From an uncultured Spirochaetota bacterium (GTDB lineage Bacteria > Spirochaetota > Spirochaetia > SZUA-6 > Fen-1364), in contig CAWAHW010000002.1 of the NCBI GenBank assembly GCA_963781885.1, positions 531,119-595,118 on the forward strand: DNA of 64,000 nucleotides. The letters are read 5' to 3'. How positions within the stretch are numbered: the first letter of the stretch is position 1; each line of letters starts with the position of its first letter. The notes beneath the pieces were generated by a model that ran no database searches, was not told where the DNA came from, and was given only the letters and a program-made list of their open reading frames with translations. Position numbers and translations under genes: made by a program. Positions 40,754 through 50,343 of the stretch are shown here, in pieces.

Positions 40754-41566
40754 ATGAAAAGCAGGGCCACGTCGAGGGATTGGCTCCCTCTTGCACGGGG
40801 ACGCAGGGGCGCGCAGGAGGTCCCGACGGGCGAGGCATTCCGCCCGGAGTGGATCGATTTCGAGCGGGGCATCCGCGTGGGCAATCTCCAGCCGCATGAG
40901 CGCATCACGCAGATCCTCAAGCACCGGTTGGAGGACGACCATGGCACGGGCTTCGTGACGGACCGGTGGGGCCGCGGGGTTTACTGGCAGTGGATCTGCT
41001 GGCTGCCGCGCGCTGACCGCGAGGCAAAGCCTGTATCGAATACGATCAACTTCGGCTGCGCGAAGCTCTACATTTCGGTCGATCGTTCGCTGCGCATCTT
41101 CCAATGCGGTCTTGCCGTCGAACGGGGATTCGCCGGCGGCACACCCTCGTTCCCGGGCATCCTCCTGCAGCCGGACTGGGACTGGCACCGGCTCATGAAG
41201 CAATGCGCTGACGGCACGGCCGTGGACGTCGAGCTGCGCCGTCTGGTCAACCGCGAAGGATTCACGGCGGCCATTGTCGGCGCCGGCGGCAGGACCTGGA
41301 CGGGCAAAGAGCTCACCTCGGCGCGCCAGATCCGGGAGGCGGCGCGCAAGGCTCCCCGCGACGCCTGGAGCGGCTTCGACGTGTACTATCCGATGCCGGA
41401 ATCCGAGGTGCGCGCCGCCAGCGGCTTCGATCTCGTGCAGGGCATCCTCGGCGCGTTCGCCGAGGTGGTGCCGGTCATGAACGCCTGCATGCAGGTGACC
41501 CTCGCGTCCCGGGCTATTTCTTCTGGGCCCGGATCGGCGACTCCTTCAGGAAAGACGCGAGGATAA
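40754..41566 (+). CDS. Hypothetical protein (Trp-rich; no family recognised)
   Basis: 270-aa ORF with protein-like composition, immediately downstream of GH1. Confidence 0.45.
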   Translation: MKSRATSRDWLPLARGRRGAQEVPTGEAFRPEWIDFERGIRVGNLQPHERITQILKHRLEDDHGTGFVTDRWGRGVYWQWICWLPRADREAKPVSNTINFGCAKLYISVDRSLRIFQCGLAVERGFAGGTPSFPGILLQPDWDWHRLMKQCADGTAVDVELRRLVNREGFTAAIVGAGGRTWTGKELTSARQIREAARKAPRDAWSGFDVYYPMPESEVRAASGFDLVQGILGAFAEVVPVMNACMQVTLASRAISSGPGSATPSGKTRG

Positions 41567-42734
41567 CGGCAACAACGGTCAGGCCCGCCAGTGTCAGGAG
41601 CGATCCGCTCATCGAGCCCGACGGCGCCTTGAAGGCGTCCATGCCGAAGATGAACACGATGCCCGAGATCTGGCCCATGACGACCATGAGGGTGTTCGAC
41701 GTTCCCTCGGGGGCCGGCAGCGTCATCTCCGCGCCGTACTGGAAACCGATGGGTCCCGCGCTCAGGAGGAACAGCCCGAAGACGAACGCCGAGGCGAGCA
41801 GCAGCCACCACGTCGTGGCGAATGTGAGGCCGATGAGCCCCGGCAACAGCCCCGCGAGTGCAAGGATGATGAATGGCTTGCGGCGGCGGATCGAATCGGA
41901 GACCAGGGGAATGACAATGGCCCCGATGATGCCGCCGATCAGCATGATGCCGCCGGCAAGACCCGCCTGCGCCGTGGTGAAACCCCGGGGACCGACGATC
42001 TCTTCGATCCAGGTCGTCACGCCGTTGAACATGCCCAGCCCGATGAAGAAGATCACGAGCAGGAGGATGAAGTCCCTCTGCTTCATCATGTGCCGCAGCC
42101 CGTCGAAGACGAGCGCGCGCGCTTCCTCTTCCTTGGGGCCGGGAGGGGTCGGCGGGTGCTCGCGCGCGACGATGATGAAGAACACGGCGGCTGCCACCGC
42201 GACGAAACCGTTGATCAGGAGCATCTCCTGCATGCCATAGGCGTTCATGAGCATGGGCGTCACGATGAGCGCGGCCAGTATCCCCAGGTAGATCGACAGC
42301 GTGCCCAGCCCGACGGCGGTGCCCCGTTCGCCCGCGGCGAACCATCGACCGCAGAGCTTCGTGATCGCCCCGACGATCAGCGGCTGTCCCACCGCGATGC
42401 CGATCTGCGAAATGAAGACAAGCGTGAAGTTGTTCGCGAACACGCCGCGGGTGACGGCGAAGATCGCCGTGAGCGCCGCGCCGAGGGAAACCGAGCGGCG
42501 AAATCCCCACGAATCGATGAGGAGCGCGCTGGGCAGGAATATGAGGATGTAGACGGCCATGAAGATCAGGGAGAGAAGGCCGATGGCGATGTCGGAGGTC
42601 CCATAGAACTTCATCGCGTCGCTCGTGATGGGAGCGAACGTGATCCAGAGGCCTTGGTTCATGGCCATGACGAACATGAAAGCAACCAGGATCAGCCACC
42701 GATAACCGTACGTCCGAACGGCCCCGACTTCCAT
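41514..42734 (-). CDS. MFS transporter
   Basis: 406 aa, 12 predicted TM helices. MFS loop motifs. Confidence 0.75.
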   Translation of the reverse strand: MEVGAVRTYGYRWLILVAFMFVMAMNQGLWITFAPITSDAMKFYGTSDIAIGLLSLIFMAVYILIFLPSALLIDSWGFRRSVSLGAALTAIFAVTRGVFANNFTLVFISQIGIAVGQPLIVGAITKLCGRWFAAGERGTAVGLGTLSIYLGILAALIVTPMLMNAYGMQEMLLINGFVAVAAAVFFIIVAREHPPTPPGPKEEEARALVFDGLRHMMKQRDFILLLVIFFIGLGMFNGVTTWIEEIVGPRGFTTAQAGLAGGIMLIGGIIGAIVIPLVSDSIRRRKPFIILALAGLLPGLIGLTFATTWWLLLASAFVFGLFLLSAGPIGFQYGAEMTLPAPEGTSNTLMVVMGQISGIVFIFGMDAFKAPSGSMSGSLLTLAGLTVVAVILASFLKESPIRAQKK

Positions 42735-42867
42735 GACACCCCGCTTTCTCCGGCTCAGATGCCGGCTATTTATTGCCCCCGCCCGCGGGCGAAGACGCCC
42801 AAGTATGAGCTTTTCGGTCAGATTTGTCCAGATTTTCGATCCTTGAGGGACAAAAGGGCGGCGCGGA

Positions 42868-44054
42868 TCAGCTTCCTGCGTCGCCCGCAGGCCTCCGGTT
42901 GCGGACGAGGCGGACGGTGACGACCGTCAGGACAACAAGGAAGCAGTTGAGGCCGAGGTAGAACCAGAAGCCGCCGTGAATGCCGACAGTCTGCGCAAGG
43001 AGCGACATCAGGAAGGGGAAGACAATGGATCCTGCCGCGCCACCGGTTGCGACGGAGCCGACGGCGACGCCGGTCTTGTAGTAGCGCCCCACGACCGTCA
43101 TCAACAGGGGATAGAAACCCGAGAAGCCCAGGCCCGTGAAGAAAAACGCGATGATGACCGCCACCGCGGAATGGACCAGCAGGACGATGAGGAGCATGGC
43201 CGCGGAGAACGAAGTCAGGCCGAGCATCAGCATTTCCTGCCGCCTGCCCTTGTACCAGAAAGAGACCGCGAGCCTGCCGACGAGCAGGCCCACCCAGACC
43301 ACGGCGACGGCGTATGCCCCCTGCGAGGCGGCGGATCCCAGCACCTGCACGAAGAACACGGAAGACCAGGAAAAGACGCCGATCTCCGTGCCGACGTACA
43401 CGAAGAGCGCGAGGATGAGGATGATGAGGAGGGGCTCACGCACGAGACGCAGTCCCGGCTCCTTTCGCTTTCCGCTCACCGGCCGGGGTGCGGGAAATGC
43501 GCGATCCCGAAAAGGACCGCGATGATGATGAGGAGGATGCCCGCGGCGAGAAAAACGGCGAGCATCGATACACCCGCGCCCGAGACGTAGCCGACGGCCG
43601 CGGGCCCGATGATCGCCCCGACGCAGAACGCCGCGTGGAGCAGGTTCATGAGCCTGCTTTGGCCGTTTCGCTCGATATGGATGATCTCCAGATTCGCCGT
43701 CACCTCCATGGAGCCCTGGCAGAGACCGATCGCGAATGCGAAGGCGAGGTTGGGCCAGGGGGAGGGGACGCGGCCGAACAGCGAGACACCGATGGCCCCG
43801 GCGACAAGGCCGACCACGATCACGACCTTCGCCGGGACGCGCTGGATGATGACGCCGCTCAGGAATGCCGAAAGCAGGTACCCCACGGCGCTTCCCGCCA
43901 GCACGATGCCGGTGACCGTGTATGACCAGTGATAGTCGCGGATGAGCTGGGGGAGTGAGGCGCCGGCGATGGTGAAGATCATGCCGAAGCCCATGAAGCC
44001 CGCGAGGAAGAGGACGTAGAGGCGGCGGCTTGCCGCATCGAGTTTTCCGATCAT
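42868..44054 (-). pseudogene. MFS transporter, frameshifted in the G4/C4 run at ~43481-43490
   Basis: TM1-6 in frame 43476-44096 (start MIGKLDAASRR with an AAGGAAG RBS). TM7-12 in the tail of frame 42868-44625. Confidence 0.6.
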
Positions 44055-44147
44055 GTGTGTTTCTTCCTTCATAAGCGAACGGAGCGGCAAGGTCAAGCGC
44101 CATGGGTCGCCGATGAAAGACCACGGTCGTGACCGAATGAGCCGCGG

Positions 44148-44176
44148 TTGAGTTATGTCCGGATTTGTGATATATC
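44148..44176 (+). promoter_or_regulatory. Candidate promoter of the cytochrome-metVF operon (TTGAGT -17- TATATC), overlapping a CRP/FNR-like half-palindrome TGTGATATATCAGA
   Basis: Read directly. TSS predicted near 44183. GAGGAG RBS at 44200-44205 before ATG 44221. Confidence 0.35.
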
Positions 44177-44220
44177 AGAACTTGACCTTCCGAAATCCTC
44201 GAGGAGTCAGGATCCACCAG

Positions 44221-45387
44221 ATGTTGCGCGCGAGGCGTGTTCTGCTCTGCGGCATCACCATGACGCTCATTGTCCTGGGGTTGCCGTCGTATGCCCAGAG
44301 CGATGCCACGTCCGCGGCCTCGTCGCAGGCCTCCACCAGGTCGGCGCCGGCGCCGACCGCCCCTTCTTCGAAGACTCCCGCGTGGACAAGGGTGCACAGG
44401 GTCGATGATTTCGTGACGGCGGGGGACATTCGCTCGGGCACCGTCCTCTCCGACGCGGACGCGCCGGTTGTCGTCTTCTCCCATGGAAGCCACACCGCCG
44501 CGGGCGTGAGCTGCGAGCAGTGCCACCACACCGGCGTGCAGGGCTTCCAGGCGCCCGCCTGTGCCTCGTGCCACAAGGGAGCCGCGGCGGTGGACGTCAT
44601 GCACGCGGCATGCATCACCTGCCACCAGCGCACAGGCTCAGGCCCGGTGAGCTGCAACGACTGCCATACGGCGCGCCAGACGAGCCTTGCCGGCGTCTAC
44701 CGCTTCGAGCTTTCCGACGTCGTCCGGGGGCCGCTGTTCATCGCCGCGTGGGCGCTCTTCGTTCTGGGTTTCGCGTGGCGCATCCTTCAGTTCAGCCGTC
44801 TCACGCGCGCAACCCGTTCGCGCCTCACCGCGCCGTTGCCGTCGGTTTCCGCGGAGTGGAGCGGCGCCGCCAACGATCGCGGCTTCTTCGCGCGGCTGCG
44901 GCGCTGGGTGCGCGGTACGATATTCGGCACGCATCCCGTCATGGGTGTGGTGAGCCTCCTCTTCCACCTCCTCCTGGTGCTTCTGCCCCTTCTTCTTCCG
45001 GCGCACAACATCCTCTTCGCGCTGACCTTCCGCGTGAGCCTGCCCACGCTCCCCGAGCCCTTCATGGACAAGGCCACACTCGGGCTTCTGGCGATCGGTG
45101 TCTTCTTCCTGGCGCGCCGCATCTTCTCCCCCCGGATACGGGCGCTCAGCACCCTACGCGACTACCTCGTGCTCCTGCTCGTTGCCGCCCCGTTCGTCAC
45201 CGCATACATGGCCTACCACCATTGGCTGGACTACCGCACGGTGCTCGTGACGCACATGATCGTCGGTGAAATACTCATTGCGCTGATCCCCTTCACGAAG
45301 CTCGGGCACATGCCCTTCCTGATCTTCGCCCGGTTTTTCGTGTCCGGCGAATACTCCTGGAGACCGGGGAAGCGGAGGTGGAGATGA
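44221..45387 (+). CDS. Periplasmic tetraheme cytochrome c3 domain fused to NarI/DsrM/HmeC-type dihaem-b membrane anchor
   Basis: Sec signal (MLRARRVLLCGITMTLIVLGLPSYA). Four CxxCH (CEQCHH, CASCHK, CITCHQ, CNDCHT). C-terminal 5-TM domain with conserved His in TM helices, typical of the nitrate reductase gamma family. Confidence 0.7.
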   Translation: MLRARRVLLCGITMTLIVLGLPSYAQSDATSAASSQASTRSAPAPTAPSSKTPAWTRVHRVDDFVTAGDIRSGTVLSDADAPVVVFSHGSHTAAGVSCEQCHHTGVQGFQAPACASCHKGAAAVDVMHAACITCHQRTGSGPVSCNDCHTARQTSLAGVYRFELSDVVRGPLFIAAWALFVLGFAWRILQFSRLTRATRSRLTAPLPSVSAEWSGAANDRGFFARLRRWVRGTIFGTHPVMGVVSLLFHLLLVLLPLLLPAHNILFALTFRVSLPTLPEPFMDKATLGLLAIGVFFLARRIFSPRIRALSTLRDYLVLLLVAAPFVTAYMAYHHWLDYRTVLVTHMIVGEILIALIPFTKLGHMPFLIFARFFVSGEYSWRPGKRRWR

Positions 45388-45776
45388 GCGGACATTCCGT
45401 GGACGCGAAGACACTCCAGAGGATCTCCCGGGTCGTGGAGGGGAAGAAGGACATGATCCGCCTCTCGCTCCAGGCCTGCGTCCACTGCTCGCTGTGCGCG
45501 GAGAGCTGCTTCCTGTACCGCCAGAGCGGCGGGGACCCGACGTACACGCCGGCGTACAAGGCCATCAACACGATCGGAAAGATCGCAAAAAGCAGGGGCA
45601 GGCTTTCGGACGATGCCTACGAGCGGATCCGCGAGCTTGCCTGGGACAAATGCGTTCTCTGCATGCGCTGCTACTGCCCCATCGGCATCAGCGTTCCCTC
45701 CCTCATCGCCGCGGCGCGCAGCGCCTGTCGAGAGAAAGGGGTGCACCGCTGGTACACGACAAGGAGGAACGCATGA
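45378..45776 (+). CDS. 2x[4Fe-4S] ferredoxin-like protein (HdrC / HdrD-N-terminal-like)
   Basis: CVHCSLCAESC and CVLCMRCYCP cluster motifs. 132 aa. Overlaps both neighbours (10 nt upstream, ATGA downstream). Confidence 0.65.
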   Translation: MEMSGHSVDAKTLQRISRVVEGKKDMIRLSLQACVHCSLCAESCFLYRQSGGDPTYTPAYKAINTIGKIAKSRGRLSDDAYERIRELAWDKCVLCMRCYCPIGISVPSLIAAARSACREKGVHRWYTTRRNA

Positions 45777-46177
45777 AGGGAAGAAGGGCGTTTTTCGTGC
45801 TTCTCGCATTCGCACTCGGAACGTGCGCGCCGGCGATCTTTGCGGACCCCCCCGCCGTTCTCATGCTCGCAAAGGCGAAGGTCTTCGGCTCGCTCAGCAG
45901 GCCCGCGGTGCGCTTTACGCACGGCGCCCACGGCACCATCCAGGGGGTGAGCTGCCTCACGTGCCATCACGTGTACAAGGACGGGAAAAACGTCCTCGAC
46001 CTCGCCCAGCTCACGGTCGGCAATCCCGCGATACGCTGCGAGACGTGCCACGCGAGCCCGCGCGACCTTGAATCGTCCTTTCACAAGTTGTGCATCACCT
46101 GCCACGACACCGCGAAGGCGCAGGGCAAGGTGACCGGTCCGCGCGACTGCGGCGACTGTCACGCGTGGGACAGGTGA
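45773..46177 (+). CDS. Tetraheme cytochrome c3 (periplasmic)
   Basis: AAGGAGG RBS, signal peptide MKGRRAFFVLLAFALGTCAPAIFA, four CxxCH (CLTCHH, CETCHA, CITCHD, CGDCHA). 134 aa. Confidence 0.75.
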   Translation: MKGRRAFFVLLAFALGTCAPAIFADPPAVLMLAKAKVFGSLSRPAVRFTHGAHGTIQGVSCLTCHHVYKDGKNVLDLAQLTVGNPAIRCETCHASPRDLESSFHKLCITCHDTAKAQGKVTGPRDCGDCHAWDR

Positions 46178-46189
46178 GCAGGGGGGAAT

Positions 46190-46880
46190 ATGGTCAAAGC
46201 GAAACCAAAACCGCTCGGTGAGATATTCGACAGGGTGAAGGGCTACCGGCGCGTCCTGATCGTCGGCTGCGGCGGATGCACCTCGGTCTGCCTTGCCGGG
46301 GGACAGCGCGAGTCGCTCGCCCTCGCCGACGAGCTTTCTGCCTGTGCGCGCGCGGCGCGCGTGCCCCAGCAGTACGCGACGTTCGTCACCGAAAGGCAGT
46401 GCAACGCCGAGTTCGTCGACGAGATCGGGGAGCGGGCCGCCAACTGCGACTGCCTGATCTCCCTGGCGTGCGGGGCCGGTGCGGGGCTCCTGGCGGACGC
46501 GTTCCCTTCGCTTCCGATGTTCCCCGGCCTGGACACGATGTTCGTCGGCGTGGACCGCGACGTGGGCTTCTACGAGGAGCGCTGCAGGACCTGCGGCACC
46601 TGCGTCCTGGGCGACACGGGAGGGATATGCCCGGTCACGCGCTGCTCCAAGGGCGTCCTGAACGGGCCTTGCGGCGGCACACGGGAGGACGGCTCCTGCG
46701 AGCTTGCCGACGGCATCCGCTGCGCCTGGCACGATATATATGACAGGCTGAAAGCGCAGGGGCGTCTTTCCCAGATGCTCATCGTGCGGCCTCCCATGGA
46801 GTGGGTCGACCGGGGTGTGCGGACCCTCATCCAGAAGGGCTACGAAGGCGCGGTACGCCGCCAGAACGGGCTGAGGGGGA
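46190..46880 (+). CDS. metV: MetV (methylene-THF reductase small subunit, MTHFR_C Zn/FeS domain); 3' end uncertain
   Basis: N-terminus MVKAKPKPLGEIFDRVKGYRRVLIVGCGGCTSVC plus downstream Cys clusters match acetogen MetV. The ORF-track frame runs to 47332 as Arg-rich junk overlapping metF, so a late frameshift or mis-called stop is likely. Confidence 0.55.
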
Positions 46881-46886
46881 TGCCCA

Positions 46887-47813
46887 ATGAAGTCGGGCAG
46901 CAATCTGGAAAAGGTGCTTTCGGCAGGGCATTTCGCCGTGACGGCGGAGCTCGGCCCGCCGCCGGGCGCCGACGTGGATTTCGTCGCCAAGAAGGCGGAG
47001 CTGCTGCGCGGCGCCGTCGACGCGGTGAATGTCACCGACAACCAGACCGCCGTGGTCCGCATGTCCAGCCTCGCGGTGTCGGCGCTGCTGGTCGGGATGG
47101 GCATCGAGCCGGTCATGCAGATGGTGTGCCGCGACAGAAACCGCATCGCCATGCAGAGCGATGTCTTCGGCGCCTCGGCGCTGGGCATCCGCAACCTCAC
47201 CTGTCTCATGGGGGACCACCAGGCCTTCGGCAACCAGACCGGCGCAAAGAAGGTGTACGACGTCGACTCCGTCCAGTTGATCTCCATCGTGAAGCGCATG
47301 CGCGACGAGCGGAAGATCCTGGGCAGCGATGAAGAGATCCTCGGCAGCGTGCCGATGTTCATCGGCTGTGCGGCCAATCCCTTTGCCAAGCCGTACGAGT
47401 TCCGCGCCCTGCGTCTTGCGAAAAAGGTGGAGGCGGGCGCGGACTACGTGCAGACGCAGTGCGTCTACGACGTGAAGATGTTCGCCGAATGGATGAAGGC
47501 GGTCCGCGACCTCGGCGTCCACACGAAGTGCCGCATCCTGGCGGGGGTGACGCCCCTGAAGTCGGCCGGCATGGCGCGCTACATGGCCGAGCAGGTCCCC
47601 GGCATCATCATCCCGCCCGAGATCATCGCGCGCTTGGCCGCGGCCCCCAAGGGCAAGGGCGCCGAGGTGGGGCTCGCCATTTGCGCCGAGATCATCGAGC
47701 AGCTGCGCGCCATCGAGGGCGTGGCCGGCATCCATATCATGGCAATCGAGTGGGAGCAGAAGGTCCGCGAGATCGTCCAGACGGCCACGCTGCTTCCGCG
47801 GCCCGTCGTGTGA
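46887..47813 (+). CDS. metF: 5,10-methylenetetrahydrofolate reductase
   Basis: 308 aa. MetF TIM-barrel motifs (FAVTAELGPP, CRDRN, AGADYVQTQ). Confidence 0.8.
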   Translation: MKSGSNLEKVLSAGHFAVTAELGPPPGADVDFVAKKAELLRGAVDAVNVTDNQTAVVRMSSLAVSALLVGMGIEPVMQMVCRDRNRIAMQSDVFGASALGIRNLTCLMGDHQAFGNQTGAKKVYDVDSVQLISIVKRMRDERKILGSDEEILGSVPMFIGCAANPFAKPYEFRALRLAKKVEAGADYVQTQCVYDVKMFAEWMKAVRDLGVHTKCRILAGVTPLKSAGMARYMAEQVPGIIIPPEIIARLAAAPKGKGAEVGLAICAEIIEQLRAIEGVAGIHIMAIEWEQKVREIVQTATLLPRPVV

Positions 47814-47915
47814 GCCATCACCGCGAAGGACGGTTCCCCGACGGCGTCGCGCCCGGGGCCCCGCCCCTCATCGGCGCAGTGCCCGCCCTTCCGCGCGCGC
47901 GGCTTTCATGGTAGC

Positions 47916-48890
47916 GTGGACTCCATGGACGGGGCAGACGCGCGCGGCAACGACAGGCTGGAGCCGGACGACCTGCAGGAAATCGTCGTCGCGTGCGACA
48001 GGGACGGGATCATCCTGTCCTGGAACCGGGCGGGCGAGGAGATCACCGGTTTCCTGCACGACGACGTCATCGGCTATCACCTTGATGCCGTCATAGCCCC
48101 AGAGTCGCGCCAGTTCCTCGACCAGATCCTCACGGTGGAGAGGAGCGGATCGCTGCTTCCCGGTCTCCCCGTGCGCCTGCAGACGAGCTTCGGCTGGGTG
48201 GTGCCGGCGGAGGTGACATCGGTGCCCCGGCGCGGCGCCGACGGCTGGCTGCTCATCTTCCGCGATACGACGCTGAAGGTGCAGCTCCAGGAGCATCTCG
48301 ACCGCCTGGACGTGCTCTACCGCGGTCTGGTGGAGGATTCACCCGACATCATCTACGTGCTCGATGAGCGCGCGCGCGTGCTTTTCATCAACGACACGGT
48401 GGAAAAGCTCCTCGGCTATTCAAAAAGGGAGATCATCGGCAATGATCTCATCGAGCTCGTCCATCCCGACGATCGCCAGCAGGCGTACTGGCCCCTGCGG
48501 GAAAGACGCCACGCGGACCGCGCGACGCGCAACCTCCGCCTGCGCTTCCTCACCCGCGCGGGACGGCAGCGGCGCTATGACCTTGATTTCATCTACATCT
48601 CCCTGACGGCGGTCGGCCTGGGGTCGAACAGGCTGGGGGCGCAGCCGCGCGGCGAGCCGGGCGGCGCGCTGGGAACCCAGGGCGTGGCGCGCGACGTCAC
48701 GGATCTCGTCATGCTGAACGAGTTTTCGCGACAGGCGGAGCTCATCCTGCCTGTCTGTTCGATCTGCCACAGGATCCGCGTGACGTCGGGCAGCACCGTG
48801 GAATGGCTGCCGCTTTCCGACTACCTGACGCGCAGGACGGGTGTACTTTTTTCCCACACCTACTGCCCCGACCACGTACCCGCGCAATAG
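47916..48890 (+). CDS. PAS-domain sensor protein (two PAS domains) with C-terminal Cys/His-rich tail
   Basis: PAS S-box features. C-terminal CSICHRIR...SHTYCPDH. No kinase or DNA-binding output domain. Confidence 0.6.
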   Translation: MDSMDGADARGNDRLEPDDLQEIVVACDRDGIILSWNRAGEEITGFLHDDVIGYHLDAVIAPESRQFLDQILTVERSGSLLPGLPVRLQTSFGWVVPAEVTSVPRRGADGWLLIFRDTTLKVQLQEHLDRLDVLYRGLVEDSPDIIYVLDERARVLFINDTVEKLLGYSKREIIGNDLIELVHPDDRQQAYWPLRERRHADRATRNLRLRFLTRAGRQRRYDLDFIYISLTAVGLGSNRLGAQPRGEPGGALGTQGVARDVTDLVMLNEFSRQAELILPVCSICHRIRVTSGSTVEWLPLSDYLTRRTGVLFSHTYCPDHVPAQ

Positions 48891-48924
48891 GCGTTTCCGG
48901 TTGCTTCGCTTTTTTCGGCGACCC

Positions 48925-48953
48925 TTGACAAATCTAGTAACTCGTCGTATATT
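48925..48953 (+). promoter_or_regulatory. Strong sigma70 promoter (TTGACA -17- TATATT) upstream of padR
   Basis: Consensus -35, 17-nt spacer, near-consensus -10, in an AT-rich island. ATG at 48987. Confidence 0.6.
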
Positions 48954-48986
48954 TTAAATAACTACTAACTTGTAGAGTAGAAAACG

Positions 48987-49571
48987 ATGTCGGTACGAAA
49001 TGCGATTCTCGGTCTTCTCTCGCAAAAATCCCAGCATGGCTACATGCTACGCGCCGCTTTCGAGTCGCTTGTCGGCGGCGAGGAAATTTGGGACGTGAAG
49101 CCTGCGCAGATCTATACGACCCTCGCGCGTCTTGAGGAAAGCGGGCTCGTCCGGCAGGACGGTATCGACCAGGACGCGGGGCCGGAAAAGCGCGTCTACT
49201 CCCTCACCCCGGAAGGAAAAAAGGAGCTTGCATCCTGGTTCGCCGCAGGGGTGGAGGAGGAGCGCCAGCGCGACGAGTTCTTTGTCAAGCTCATGCTGAG
49301 CATGCGCGCGGAAGGGGCAAACCCCGTCGCGGTGATCCAGGCGCAGCGCGGCACGCTGTACCAGGAGATGCACGACCTGACGGCGCGGCGCACGAAGGCC
49401 GATCCGAAACGCGAGCTTGCCACCATCTTCCTCCTGGACAAGACCCTCATGCACATCGAGGCGGACCTGCGGTGGCTGGACATGGTGGAGGCGCGCCTGG
49501 ACGACATGGATCGCCAGGCCGCGGCCCCGCTCGCCGCGCGGCCGCGCGGAAGACCCAGAAAATCATCGTAA
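48987..49571 (+). CDS. PadR-family transcriptional regulator
   Basis: wHTH N-terminus (AILGLLSQKSQHGYML...PAQIYTTLARLEESG). 194 aa. Confidence 0.75.
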   Translation: MSVRNAILGLLSQKSQHGYMLRAAFESLVGGEEIWDVKPAQIYTTLARLEESGLVRQDGIDQDAGPEKRVYSLTPEGKKELASWFAAGVEEERQRDEFFVKLMLSMRAEGANPVAVIQAQRGTLYQEMHDLTARRTKADPKRELATIFLLDKTLMHIEADLRWLDMVEARLDDMDRQAAAPLAARPRGRPRKSS

Positions 49572-49596
49572 GCGGAAAACTGCAAAAGGAGCCGGT

Positions 49597-50334
<738 letters not shown>

Positions 50335-50343
50335 GAGACGTTC

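Noticed and set aside
46190-47332. ORF-track call of a 380-aa MetV
   Set aside because: Only the first ~225 aa are MetV-like. The remaining ~150 aa are an Arg-rich out-of-frame reading across metF. MetV homologs are ~210-230 aa, so I truncated the gene near 46880 and flagged the 3' end.
45671-47389. 572-aa minus-strand ORF antisense to cyt c3, metV and metF
   Set aside because: Alternative-frame artifact. The plus-strand products carry haem-binding CxxCH and MetF motifs.
48891-48916. Possible intrinsic terminator (T6 run) after the PAS gene
   Set aside because: No convincing GC-rich stem precedes the T-run; only 3-bp complementarity. It is more likely part of the AT-rich promoter island for padR.
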